Below, one piece after another: positions 17,735 to 26,380 of a DNA stretch of 39,960 nt. Source of the DNA: an uncultured Candidatus Saccharibacteria bacterium (GTDB lineage Bacteria; Patescibacteriota; Minisyncoccia; Phycocordibacterales; UBA1006); the NCBI GenBank assembly GCA_964524475.1, contig CAZGCO010000003.1, forward strand, positions 6,922-46,881, in the 5' to 3' direction. A model generated the notes under the pieces. It worked only from the letters and a program-made list of their open reading frames with translations. It was not told the DNA's origin and did not search any database. The position numbers and the translations under genes are program-made. Positions within the stretch are counted from its first letter, which is position 1, and every line of letters begins with the position of its first letter.

Positions 17735-17831
17735 ACATAGGTATGGAGGTATTGCTTTTTTTCTCAATTTGGTGTATCATTGATTTTATAATCTTTTATT
17801 AGTATAGCATAGATTATTATTTTCTCATACT

Positions 17832-18116
17832 ATGGCACATCGAAAAGCAGGGGGTTCTGCAAAAAACCTACGAGATTCTAATCCTCAATATTTGGGTACA
17901 AAACTCTATGATGGAGAACGTGCTCAGGCAGGATCTATTATTATCCGTCAACGAGGAACTACTATCCTCGCTGGAAAAAATGTTCGTACCGGAAAAGATC
18001 ATACTCTATTTTCTGTAACAACAGGAACAGTAAAATTTGATTCAAAACGACAATTGAAATTCAACGGAGCAACATTACGTAAAAAAGTTGTTCATGTAAT
18101 TCCAGACGAAGCATAA
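17832..18116 (+). CDS. rpmA: 50S ribosomal protein L27
   Basis: [29 protein letters not shown]...IIIRQRGT...GKNV..GKDHTLF. Confidence 0.95.
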   Translation: MAHRKAGGSAKNLRDSNPQYLGTKLYDGERAQAGSIIIRQRGTTILAGKNVRTGKDHTLFSVTTGTVKFDSKRQLKFNGATLRKKVVHVIPDEA

Positions 18117-18148
18117 AAAAACGAGACACCTAGGTGTCTCGTTTTTTT
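18114..18148. terminator. Bidirectional terminator shared by rpmA and rplI
   Basis: Palindrome acgagacacctaggtgtctcgt flanked by an A-run and a T-run. Confidence 0.85.
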
Positions 18149-18151
18149 ATG

Positions 18152-18592
18152 TTATGAATGTACATGAATCTGTATCACAGCCTGTGTTCCTGATTTTGAA
18201 ATCATAATTTCATGATCACCAATCTCTTTGATAGGTTTATAATTATGAAACATATCAGATGGAATCAGAATAGAAAATTGTTTTCTGATCTCTTGAATTA
18301 TCTCATGTAATGAAACCCCTTGATATAACTTACCATGATGATCATGGGTTCGTATAAATGATATTTTTTTACCATGAACCGTATGTATGATATCATGAAT
18401 CTTTTTCTCATTTATTAATTTATCTTTTTTTTCTGCTTCTTTGGACTGAATTGTTTTTGTAATAAGTTCTGGTGTTGCACGTACAGCAAGACCTTTAGGT
18501 ATTAAAAAATTTTGTGCATAGCCATCAGGAACATTTTTTATATCTCCTGATTTACCTAAATCTCTGACGGTTGATTTTAAAATTACTTGCAT
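18152..18592 (-). CDS. rplI: 50S ribosomal protein L9
   Basis: [39 protein letters not shown]. Confidence 0.9.
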   Translation of the reverse strand: MQVILKSTVRDLGKSGDIKNVPDGYAQNFLIPKGLAVRATPELITKTIQSKEAEKKDKLINEKKIHDIIHTVHGKKISFIRTHDHHGKLYQGVSLHEIIQEIRKQFSILIPSDMFHNYKPIKEIGDHEIMISKSGTQAVIQIHVHS

Positions 18593-18616
18593 AAACTACA
18601 ATGGTGGTTATAAAAA

Positions 18617-19873
18617 TTATTTACTATTCGACATTTTTTTAATGGTTTGTACCAGGAGAACATCTTCACCTGGTTTAGGGGTAGGTAATTTCTTGAGATC
18701 AAAAACAACATTTGGGGTAATTCCCTTTTCAGAAATCGACACACCGTTTGGGGTATACCATTTTGCAATAGTAATCTTGACTGATGAACCGTCGTCTAAT
18801 GGTATTAATTCCTGAACAGAACCTTTACCAAAACTACGCGTACCGTAAATAACTGCTCTTTTGTGATCTTGTAATGCACCTGCCAGGATTTCTGACGCAG
18901 ATGCAGACCCCTGATCTACCAAAACACCCACGGTCACTGACGGATCTATTTTTGCATATCCACGACTACGGTATAGATACTGATCAGCACCTGTTCCATT
19001 ATCTTCTTTTACAATAACATCTCCTGCAGGTATAAATGCACTAGCTATTTCTACTGCCGAATCTAAATAGCCACCTGGATTACTCCGCATATCGATAAGA
19101 AGTTTTTTCTTGCCAGATTCTATAAATGTATCTAATGCATGATTAAACAATACAGCAGATTTTTCAGAAAAACTATAAAAATGTATTACAAATACATCAC
19201 CTTTGATTTCAGTATCAATAATAGGAACATTAATTTTTGACCGTACAATAGATATGTCTAATATTTCTTTTACATCTTTACGGGCGACTTTTAAATGCAC
19301 AGTACTTCCCTCTGTTCCACGAATCCACCCAACGATTTTTGATACATTCGTATCAGTAATTTTATGATCATCTACACTCACAATAATATCTCCTGGTTTT
19401 ATTCCCGCACGGTATGCTGGTGAATCTTTGAGGGGTGCAATAACTATTACAAAACCATCACGAACACCTACCTCCATCCCTACCCCACCGAATTCCCCCT
19501 TAACATCTTCTGCAAATAATTTTGCATTTTCAGGAGGAAAAAACATCGTATAAGGATCACCATATGACGCAACCAGTCCGGTCAGTGCTCCATATATTTT
19601 ATCATCAGTAGCGGGTATGTTTTCTTTGAATGGATATTTTTGTTCTAATATATTCCATACATTCCAGAACTTTGCCATATCAGGTTTCATGGATTCTATT
19701 TTTTCCAAATCTGTTTGTGCAAGAGCAGGTGCTAAAAATGGTGTATTGTTACGTACAAAATCACGAACATTATTTTTCCCACCTAAAAATATCCCTGTAC
19801 AAAACAATATGACAGCCAGACAAAAACCACTGATCCAAAATATTTGTTTTTTGTAGTGGCTATATTTTTGCAT
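18617..19873 (-). CDS. S41 family carboxyl-terminal processing peptidase (418 aa)
   Basis: N-terminal anchor, PDZ segment (GIKPGDIIVSVDD), and the catalytic region DMRSNPGGYLDSAV...LVDQGSASASEILAGAL. Confidence 0.85.
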   Translation of the reverse strand: MQKYSHYKKQIFWISGFCLAVILFCTGIFLGGKNNVRDFVRNNTPFLAPALAQTDLEKIESMKPDMAKFWNVWNILEQKYPFKENIPATDDKIYGALTGLVASYGDPYTMFFPPENAKLFAEDVKGEFGGVGMEVGVRDGFVIVIAPLKDSPAYRAGIKPGDIIVSVDDHKITDTNVSKIVGWIRGTEGSTVHLKVARKDVKEILDISIVRSKINVPIIDTEIKGDVFVIHFYSFSEKSAVLFNHALDTFIESGKKKLLIDMRSNPGGYLDSAVEIASAFIPAGDVIVKEDNGTGADQYLYRSRGYAKIDPSVTVGVLVDQGSASASEILAGALQDHKRAVIYGTRSFGKGSVQELIPLDDGSSVKITIAKWYTPNGVSISEKGITPNVVFDLKKLPTPKPGEDVLLVQTIKKMSNSK

Positions 19874-19878
19874 ATGGT

Positions 19879-20088
19879 TTATTGAGTATTATTTTCCTTT
19901 TTAATTTCATGGTATTCCTCGATAAAATTGCGGACTTTTACTTCTCGCTGAAATAATCCTGTCGCTAAAAAAACAATAACAAAACCGATCAAGGTTATCA
20001 TGATACGAATCACCCCAAAAGGAAACCCTGTCCATGGGATAATAATGATAAATAGTGCAATAATAATATAGAGATTTGAATATTTCAT
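19879..20088 (-). CDS. Small two-helix membrane protein (69 aa)
   Basis: Two hydrophobic helices, with 5-nt spacing to the downstream ctp-like gene. Confidence 0.45.
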   Translation of the reverse strand: MKYSNLYIIIALFIIIIPWTGFPFGVIRIMITLIGFVIVFLATGLFQREVKVRNFIEEYHEIKKENNTQ

Positions 20089-20105
20089 AGAATATACACA
20101 GTATA

Positions 20106-20831
20106 CTATAGAGTTTTTGAATCAACAACCACAACAAACTCGCCACGCACATGGTCAGGATTCTTGTCAAAATATTGTTTTAGCTCACTTGGTGTACCTG
20201 AAATAATTTCTTCGAACATTTTTGTCAGTTCACGTCCAACAACTATATTACGATATGGTACTGATTTTTCTAAACTCTCAAGTGTCTTTATAAATCTATG
20301 TACTGATTCATAAAAAACAACCGTATGAGACATACTTGCAATATCAGAAAAAAATGTCTCTCTCCCCTTTTTATGAGGAACAAATCCTTTAAAGGTAAAT
20401 TCGTGAACAGGAATCCCTGATACAGATAACGCACTAACGAGAGCACTCGCTCCTGGTATCGGAGAAATAGTCACCTCAGGAATTGCTTTACGAATTTCTG
20501 CAATAAGCATAACACCAGGATCAGAAATACAGGGTGTCCCTGCGTCTGATACAAGAGCAAGATTATTCCCCCCTATAAGCATATTAATAATTTTATCTAC
20601 CTGAGAGAGTTTCGAATGACTATGAAAACTCATGGTGCGAGCCGTAATATCATAATGATCAAGGAGTTTTTTTGTTGTACGTGTATCTTCACATAATACT
20701 GTATCAACAGATTTTAAAATTTCTACCGCTCGAAATGTCATATCAGATAGGTTTCCGATCGGTGTTGCAACAATATAGAGTTTTCCTAATTCAGAATTAT
20801 TTTTTTTTATTTCATCTAAGACCTTTTTCAT
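20106..20831 (-). CDS. rsmI: 16S rRNA (cytidine1402-2'-O)-methyltransferase RsmI
   Basis: LYIVATPIGNLSDMTFRAVEIL...CEDTRTTKKLL...SDAGTPCISDPG. The start is set at MKKVLDE so the gene does not overlap nth. Confidence 0.88.
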   Translation of the reverse strand: MKKVLDEIKKNNSELGKLYIVATPIGNLSDMTFRAVEILKSVDTVLCEDTRTTKKLLDHYDITARTMSFHSHSKLSQVDKIINMLIGGNNLALVSDAGTPCISDPGVMLIAEIRKAIPEVTISPIPGASALVSALSVSGIPVHEFTFKGFVPHKKGRETFFSDIASMSHTVVFYESVHRFIKTLESLEKSVPYRNIVVGRELTKMFEEIISGTPSELKQYFDKNPDHVRGEFVVVVDSKTL

Positions 20832-20848
20832 TTTTAAAATATAACATA

Positions 20849-21484
20849 TTAAGCAAATTTTGTACACGGACATGTTTCATGATTGTGTTTCCTTGCTGGA
20901 CATATTTCTCGCCCATAGGAAATCATATAATACGCTGCATCGGTCCAATATTTTTGTGGAATAATTTGTTTCAAGTCATCTTCTATTTTATTTGGATCCG
21001 TATGATCTGTGAGATTATGTTTTATTGCAAAACGCATTACATGCGTATCTACCGCTATTCCCTCCTGAATACCAAACGCATTACCCAAAACCACATTTGC
21101 TGTTTTACGTCCAACACCATCCAAGGTGATCAACTGCTGTGTTGTACGTGGTACATTACCATCAAAATTACTTACCAGTTTTTTTGCGCAACTCTGAATA
21201 CGAAGAGCCTTTATCCGATAAAATCCTGTCGCAAAAATCAGTTTCTCAATATCTGACAATTTTCCCTGTGCCAAGTGTTCTGGTGTAGGGTATTTTTTAA
21301 ATAATTCTGGCGTCACGCGGTTTACCTGAGCATCCGTACACTGCGCAGAGAGAATCACAGAAATAATAAGTTCATAGGGATTATGGTACACAAGCATTGT
21401 TTTACGTACCGGAAATAGATGCTGTAAAACGCGTAAAATTGCCCTGAAACGGGCTTTTCTGTCTCTAAGAGTATCTGAGTTCAT
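20849..21484 (-). CDS. nth: Endonuclease III (211 aa)
   Basis: LSAQCTDAQVN, the HhH-GPD segment LDGVGRKTANVVL, the catalytic-region VDTHV and a C-terminal Cys cluster. The start is set at MNSDTL because the longer ORF runs through a strong hairpin. Confidence 0.88.
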   Translation of the reverse strand: MNSDTLRDRKARFRAILRVLQHLFPVRKTMLVYHNPYELIISVILSAQCTDAQVNRVTPELFKKYPTPEHLAQGKLSDIEKLIFATGFYRIKALRIQSCAKKLVSNFDGNVPRTTQQLITLDGVGRKTANVVLGNAFGIQEGIAVDTHVMRFAIKHNLTDHTDPNKIEDDLKQIIPQKYWTDAAYYMISYGREICPARKHNHETCPCTKFA

Positions 21485-21511
21485 GAATAGTAGTATAGCA
21501 CAGAACAACAC

Positions 21512-21550
21512 AAAACAGCGGGAAAATGCTCTGCATTTTCCCGCTGTTTT
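21512..21550. other. 18-bp perfect hairpin (3-nt loop), terminator-like, in a divergent intergenic region
   Basis: aaaacagcgggaaaatgc-tct-gcattttcccgctgtttt. Confidence 0.7.
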
Positions 21551-21577
21551 GCCTATATAATAATCATTGAAAATGAC

Positions 21578-21605
21578 TTGACATAATATGTATATATGAT
21601 ATACT
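21578..21605 (+). promoter_or_regulatory. Sigma70-like promoter TTGACA-16-TATACT with extended -10 TG
   Basis: ttgaca at 21578-21583 and tgatatact at 21597-21605. An ~88-nt leader contains the stem ctctttat (21622-21629) / ataaagag (21650-21657) around a G+C-rich loop. Confidence 0.5.
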
Positions 21606-21693
21606 ATCATCAAATAAGTCCCTCTTTATTTTCGTGGCGAATGCCGGTGATAAAGAGTTTGATAAAACAATAACAATATAAACAAAAAAAAAC

Positions 21694-22917
21694 ATGGAAC
21701 AGGAAATCGCTCAAGGAGCACAAACAATTATTACATTATTTAAATGGATGGGATTTTTTTCTCTTTTTGTTGCTATTGGTGCAATTATAAGCACGGGCTT
21801 TATAAAACAAGAGGAAGGAAAGGCTCGATTAATTCAAAACATCGGAGGAGGATTAGCAAAAATTATTTTTCCATCGCATACTTCATTACAAGAAGGATTT
21901 GATGGAACAATAAGTTCAGGTAGTCCGACAAAATCTTATTTTGGGTTTCAATGGAAAGGAATCTTGTATAAAGATTATTTTATACCTGCTCAAAAAACAG
22001 AAATTAGGAATGGGAATAAAGAATCTATTCAAAATTCTCTTTTAGGAAATGAAGAAATTTTACAATCCTTTACATCGAAAGATGCTGATGGAAAAGCAAA
22101 CAAAGAGGAGCACATTATCTTACGAAAAGAAAAAGTGAACTACATCCGTCCAGTAATTTCTATTTTAATTCCTTTAGATGACATCGAAACAGGTGTCCCG
22201 GAAGGCATGAAAGATAATTTTGAAAATATTTCTGTTGAATGCTTGATCCAAATTGTTTTTGAAATTACAAATTTAAGAAAAACAATAAACAAAGGTGGTG
22301 GAGATTTTTACGAAATACTAAAATTGGGTGTAAAATCAAGTGTTGAACCAATTGTCGCAGAGATGGATTATCAACATTTCATGCAATCTGCAGATGAATC
22401 TGGTGGAACAAATGCTCGTATTTCTAGTGCTATTTTACTATTAAATACAGACAGAAGGGCCGAAAATGGAAGTGATTCCTATGAAGACATTTATGGTATA
22501 AAAATCATAAAAGTTACTGTCACTAATCGAGGAATGGGTTCGCGTTCAAAAAAGATCGCAGACCAGCTAGAAAAAACAAGGATAGCAACTGAAGAAGCTA
22601 AGCAAACAGAAATAAAAGCTGAGGCCGCTAAGAAAGCTACTATAGCAAAAGCCAAGGGTGATGCGGAAGCCAAAAAAGAAATGAATATTGCCGATGCAGA
22701 TGGTATTACGAAAATAGGAGAAGCTCAAAATGAGGTTCGTAAAAATAGAGTTGTCGATCCAGATATTGAAGCTATTGCAAAAGGCATTGCAGAAACACAT
22801 GGAACATTTGCTGGTGATGGCCTAACCAATATATTAAATATTGGTAAAGAAAAAAAACAAGAAGAAAAAGAAACAATTAACATTAAACAAAAAAAGGAGG
22901 ACAATAATGACAAATAA
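21694..22917 (+). CDS. SPFH/band-7 (flotillin/prohibitin-like) membrane protein with insertions (407 aa)
   Basis: N-terminal TM helix, a beta-alpha core (ISVECLIQIVFEITN...VEPIVAEMDY...YGIKIIKVTVTN) and an Ala/Glu/Lys-rich helical tail (EEAKQTEIKAEAAKKATIAKAKGDAEAKKE). Confidence 0.5.
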   Translation: MEQEIAQGAQTIITLFKWMGFFSLFVAIGAIISTGFIKQEEGKARLIQNIGGGLAKIIFPSHTSLQEGFDGTISSGSPTKSYFGFQWKGILYKDYFIPAQKTEIRNGNKESIQNSLLGNEEILQSFTSKDADGKANKEEHIILRKEKVNYIRPVISILIPLDDIETGVPEGMKDNFENISVECLIQIVFEITNLRKTINKGGGDFYEILKLGVKSSVEPIVAEMDYQHFMQSADESGGTNARISSAILLLNTDRRAENGSDSYEDIYGIKIIKVTVTNRGMGSRSKKIADQLEKTRIATEEAKQTEIKAEAAKKATIAKAKGDAEAKKEMNIADADGITKIGEAQNEVRKNRVVDPDIEAIAKGIAETHGTFAGDGLTNILNIGKEKKQEEKETINIKQKKEDNNDK

Positions 22918-23665
22918 TACTAACAATTATGTGGTTTGGATTTTATTTTTTATTGTTTTGTATTTAGTTTTTACAATCCTAATTCCTTGGATAAAAATTA
23001 AATTAGGCTTACAGCAGACAGTTAATACACAGACTACTGCACCTGTAAATCCTACAAACCCAACAACACCAGTAACAGCGGCTACTCCACCAGTAACTAT
23101 CAGAACAAATCAAGTAATCGAACATGTTCAACAATTCTGGAATGCAGGATTAGGATGGAAAATAATTATGGGACTATTACTAGCTCTCATAATTGCGTTT
23201 GTTGCTAGTTTAACATTTCCACATACAGTGGCTTTGTTTGCTAATACCATTCAGGAAACTGGATATAAGACCATAGATTCGTGGTCAAGTAACAAAAAAG
23301 AACACGAAAAAGAAACCGGCGACTATGTTCCTACTAAAACCATCGTTGACGAGGTTACTATCACCCCTGGTAGCTCTGAAAAAGGATCGTGGACACTTTA
23401 TGAAATTCCTATTAAAAAAGGATTTTCAACAAAAGTACACATCAAAAAACCAGGTGCTGGTAAATACAGTATCGCGCCAGAAGGCATGATTCTGTACGCA
23501 TCAAAACCAGGGAATGCAACCGCTGATGTTGTTATCAACACATCAGAAAAGTTTAATTTACCCAATGGAGAATATTGTTTTTCTGCCGAAAAGGATTTTA
23601 TTCAAAATGGCTCTGACTCATGTGTCATACAGATATGGGCATGGGATACGTACAATAAGAAATAA
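22907..23665 (+). CDS. Two-TM membrane protein with a Thr/Pro linker and a C-terminal beta-rich domain (252 aa); its start overlaps the SPFH gene end
   Basis: AGGAGG at 22895-22900 lies 6 nt before ATG 22907, which overlaps the upstream stop by 11 nt. The Lys-rich N-terminal extension in the track ORF is the upstream gene read in another frame. Confidence 0.6.
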   Translation: MTNNTNNYVVWILFFIVLYLVFTILIPWIKIKLGLQQTVNTQTTAPVNPTNPTTPVTAATPPVTIRTNQVIEHVQQFWNAGLGWKIIMGLLLALIIAFVASLTFPHTVALFANTIQETGYKTIDSWSSNKKEHEKETGDYVPTKTIVDEVTITPGSSEKGSWTLYEIPIKKGFSTKVHIKKPGAGKYSIAPEGMILYASKPGNATADVVINTSEKFNLPNGEYCFSAEKDFIQNGSDSCVIQIWAWDTYNKK

Positions 23666-23683
23666 CTAAACTGAATTACGCAT

Positions 23684-23714
23684 AAGGCCGCTCAACATGA
23701 GCGGCCTTTTTTTT
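23684..23714. terminator. Bidirectional intrinsic terminator
   Basis: aaggccgctca-aca-tgagcggcctt hairpin followed by a T-run. Confidence 0.85.
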
Positions 23715-23733
23715 AATAACTCTATTATAAAAC

Positions 23734-24123
23734 TTAATTTTTACTGCGGAGGATTTTTAAAATCTCATCCAGTTTTTCTGTTTCAATACGTGCTAGACGT
23801 TGTTGTAATTCTTCGATTTCTATTTTTGCAGCTATGTTTGTTTCATAGTCTGCCTGAGCCTGTAAACGATCACGATCGGAAGTACGGTTTTGAGAAATCA
23901 TGATAAATGTTGATAAGAGTATTGCTTCAAGTGAAACAATCATAGTCAACAACCCAAAAGGAAATGCCTCGACAGGTATCATGATCCATACAGTAAACCA
24001 TATGATATGGATTATGATAAATATCCATGAACCGACAAAACGAGTAATACTGTCCGCTAATATATCACCCAAGGTACGGTTATCCATATGTTCATCATGC
24101 CAGTTTTTTTGAGAATTATTCAT
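23734..24123 (-). CDS. DUF1003 family membrane protein (129 aa)
   Basis: GDILADSITRFVGSWIFIIIHIIWFTVW...GLLTMIVSLEAILLSTFIMISQNR, followed by a coiled coil. Confidence 0.65.
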   Translation of the reverse strand: MNNSQKNWHDEHMDNRTLGDILADSITRFVGSWIFIIIHIIWFTVWIMIPVEAFPFGLLTMIVSLEAILLSTFIMISQNRTSDRDRLQAQADYETNIAAKIEIEELQQRLARIETEKLDEILKILRSKN

Positions 24124-24132
24124 ATGTATATA

Positions 24133-25053
24133 TTAATTATTTTTCTGATAATATTCCAGAGCCTGTGCCACCATAGTCTGTACACCTTCTAAACTTCTTG
24201 CGCCAATCAGAAATTGTCCGGGATGAGCAAATAATGCGTCAGGTACATGACATACTTGCTGTAACTCCTCATCACGCAATCCTGCCCACTGTGGTGGGAA
24301 CGGTACCCGCGCCTCGAATGTTTCTAAATTTTTACGAATAATTTCTGCTTTCCACATTGTTCCCTCACCATCTGGATAGATTATAAATAATGGTTCAAGT
24401 AATTCTGATATTCTTACAATAACTCGCCTAGGAATATTTTTATTTACTAATAATATACTTTTATCTAATGACTTTTCATACAACTCAAAAACTTCTGCAT
24501 ATATTTTTTCTAGATTATTTTGACTTTGTATATATTTTTTCAAAAGTAGTGCAGTAATATTTGAAATCTCAATAAAGGTATTGTAACTATTTTCTGGATT
24601 ATTTTGTTCAGATGATACTGTGTCAAATGCTCCTATAAAACTAGAAAAAGACCCTGTACCTATATCAGTAAAAGCAAATTCTTTTACAATCTTTTGTCCG
24701 TTGTCTCCTGCATCAACCGGTGAAATAATATTTTTATCAATATCAAACCAAACTTGCTCACTATCACATAGTTCCCTACCAAAATGTTTCCAGACAAGTC
24801 CTGCGGCAGCATAGTGAATACCGTTTTCACGTGATCCGGCACGACCTACTTGATGATGATCATACCTGTTTAGAGATGCATCATAGACATTTCCCACATC
24901 AAATACAATATCGCCAGTAGCAATAATATCCTCGTCTCGTGTCCGGGTCAGTTCATAATCATCACCTCTCTTATTTAATACCAATTGCAGGATTGCGTAC
25001 GCAGTCACATCATCAGCATGGAAACCACCGTTATGGGTTATTAATCTTTTCAT
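24133..25053 (-). CDS. MYG1/UPF0160 family metal-dependent hydrolase (306 aa)
   Basis: ITHNGGFHADDVTAYAIL and RYDHHQ motifs. The start is set at MKRLITHNG, downstream of the terminator of the preceding gene. Confidence 0.75.
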   Translation of the reverse strand: MKRLITHNGGFHADDVTAYAILQLVLNKRGDDYELTRTRDEDIIATGDIVFDVGNVYDASLNRYDHHQVGRAGSRENGIHYAAAGLVWKHFGRELCDSEQVWFDIDKNIISPVDAGDNGQKIVKEFAFTDIGTGSFSSFIGAFDTVSSEQNNPENSYNTFIEISNITALLLKKYIQSQNNLEKIYAEVFELYEKSLDKSILLVNKNIPRRVIVRISELLEPLFIIYPDGEGTMWKAEIIRKNLETFEARVPFPPQWAGLRDEELQQVCHVPDALFAHPGQFLIGARSLEGVQTMVAQALEYYQKNN

Positions 25054-25084
25054 ATGTTTATATACTAACATAGATACACAAAAC

Positions 25085-25106
25085 AAAAAACCCGTACGGG
25101 TTTTTT
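25085..25106 (-). terminator. Intrinsic terminator
   Basis: aaaaaaccc-gtac-gggtttttt hairpin immediately after the stop at 25110. Confidence 0.8.
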
Positions 25107-25109
25107 GTT

Positions 25110-25940
25110 TTATTTTAATATTCCTGAAATAGTTGTTTGTACAACATTTGCAATAACATATGAACCCAGGAGTATTGCCCCACCTATTAATGTCCATTTC
25201 AAAGTGTTTTTTGCTTTGGTAATCCCCTCTGGATTACCCTTGGCAATAATGAACAATATACCACTATAAATCAAGTAAAGAGCGAATATAGGAACCCCAA
25301 TAGGAATCACAATACCACTAATAATTGCTTCAACGATTTTTGGAATAGTGTCGAGACCTTCACGAAGAGGGTTAGCAAGTTTTACTACCTTACTGCCACT
25401 TAAATCAGTTCCCTTTGGATCTGGTGGATTATTATTACCCTTTGGATCTGGCGGATTGGTATTACCATTTGGATCTGGTGGATTACTAACCGGTGTAAAG
25501 CTTACTTGCCCTGTGGCTTTGTTAATAGAAACCTGTACCGTATTGGTTCTTGCTTTTGATGCAGCTTCTTCAAAATAAACGTAATAACTTTTTCCTGGTT
25601 GAAACATTGATAAATCTTTTGAAGTAACATTTTTTTCTTTAAAAAAAGAATTAAAAGTTACATTAGTAAAAGAAGTGTACGCTATTTGACCTGAATTATT
25701 AAGCTTAGAAAAAGCATTCGTGGGTGTATATGCACCACTAAGTGTTTCTGATTGAAATAAATTAACGGTTGCGTTTTTTGTAGGAATAGCTCCACCAGCA
25801 ACATCTGGTCCTACGATGAGATTAGAAACAATTTCATTACTAGATAAAGAAATATTATCAAAAGTAAAACCTGCAAATGCACTATTCACAAAAAATAACA
25901 AACCGACAATAAATATTCCACATGTTAAAAACTTTTTCAT
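25110..25940 (-). CDS. Secreted beta-rich domain protein with a PPDPxGN repeat linker and a C-terminal TrbC/VirB2-like (CPR 'T4SS pilin'-type) two-helix module (276 aa)
   Basis: Signal peptide MKKFLTCGIFIVGLLFFVNSAFA. The C-terminus is ANPL...IVIPIGVPIFALYLIYSGILFIIAKGNPEGITKAKNTLKWTLIGGAILLGSYVI. Confidence 0.6.
   Translation of the reverse strand: MKKFLTCGIFIVGLLFFVNSAFAGFTFDNISLSSNEIVSNLIVGPDVAGGAIPTKNATVNLFQSETLSGAYTPTNAFSKLNNSGQIAYTSFTNVTFNSFFKEKNVTSKDLSMFQPGKSYYVYFEEAASKARTNTVQVSINKATGQVSFTPVSNPPDPNGNTNPPDPKGNNNPPDPKGTDLSGSKVVKLANPLREGLDTIPKIVEAIISGIVIPIGVPIFALYLIYSGILFIIAKGNPEGITKAKNTLKWTLIGGAILLGSYVIANVVQTTISGILK
25414..25491 (-). repeat. 27-nt tandem repeat, about 2.9 copies, encoding NPPDP(N/K)GN(T/N)
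   Basis: tttggatctggtggattattattaccc / tttggatctggcggattggtattacca / tttggatctggtggattactaacc, read on the + strand. Confidence 0.85.
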
Positions 25941-25944
25941 ATAA

Positions 25945-26304
25945 TTATTTTAAACTAGGTAAATCTAATAATATATATTTCTTTGCCTCTGGACCTAATA
26001 CTGCAGACAACAATGTTGCCACCAATGTCCACGCAAGAAGTATAACAATAACACCAACAAGAATTTTGAACGCTCGTGATTTTAATTCTTCCAGTTTTAC
26101 AGGATTTGACATATCAGGACCTTTTTTCAAAATAATCATTTGTATTCCCGTAAACGCAGCAATCAGTGCAATAATAGGTAGTAATAATACAAGTGCATAA
26201 TCAAATATACGTCCGATCAAATCCATGAGATGCACAAACGTACACCGTGTCGTAATATCACCAGTAGCAGTACAGGGAACAATAGGTCCTGAAGCATCTC
26301 CCAT
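25945..26304 (-). CDS. TrbC/VirB2-like (CPR 'T4SS pilin'-type) two-helix module (119 aa from the first ATG). The frame stays open upstream to 26448, so this is probably the 3' part of a frameshifted larger gene
   Basis: GPIVPC...C.F..L..L followed by LLLPIIALIAAFTGIQMIILKKGP...KSRAFKILVGVIVILLAWTLV. It has no signal peptide of its own. Confidence 0.55.
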   Translation of the reverse strand: MGDASGPIVPCTATGDITTRCTFVHLMDLIGRIFDYALVLLLPIIALIAAFTGIQMIILKKGPDMSNPVKLEELKSRAFKILVGVIVILLAWTLVATLLSAVLGPEAKKYILLDLPSLK

Positions 26305-26380
26305 ACTATTTACTGACCCTGCTGGTGCACCAATATTGGTCGGGTATTTATATGAAAATATTCCCCCAGAACCAGAATTA

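Noticed and set aside
20672-21256. 194-aa plus-strand ORF, together with other long antisense ORFs (5542-5862, 15359-15745, 16445-16816, 22491-22913, 23697-24112, 25348-25578, 25922-26452, 29926-30458, 31982-32248, 38091-38377)
   Set aside because: All lie antisense to, or out of frame within, genes with strong family motifs. They have odd low-complexity or Cys/Phe-rich compositions and no independent start or terminator signals.
22841-22906. Lys-rich N-terminal extension (MVKKKNKKKKKQ...) of the track ORF 22841..23665
   Set aside because: It is the A-rich 3' end of the SPFH-like gene read in another frame. A strong AGGAGG precedes the internal ATG at 22907.
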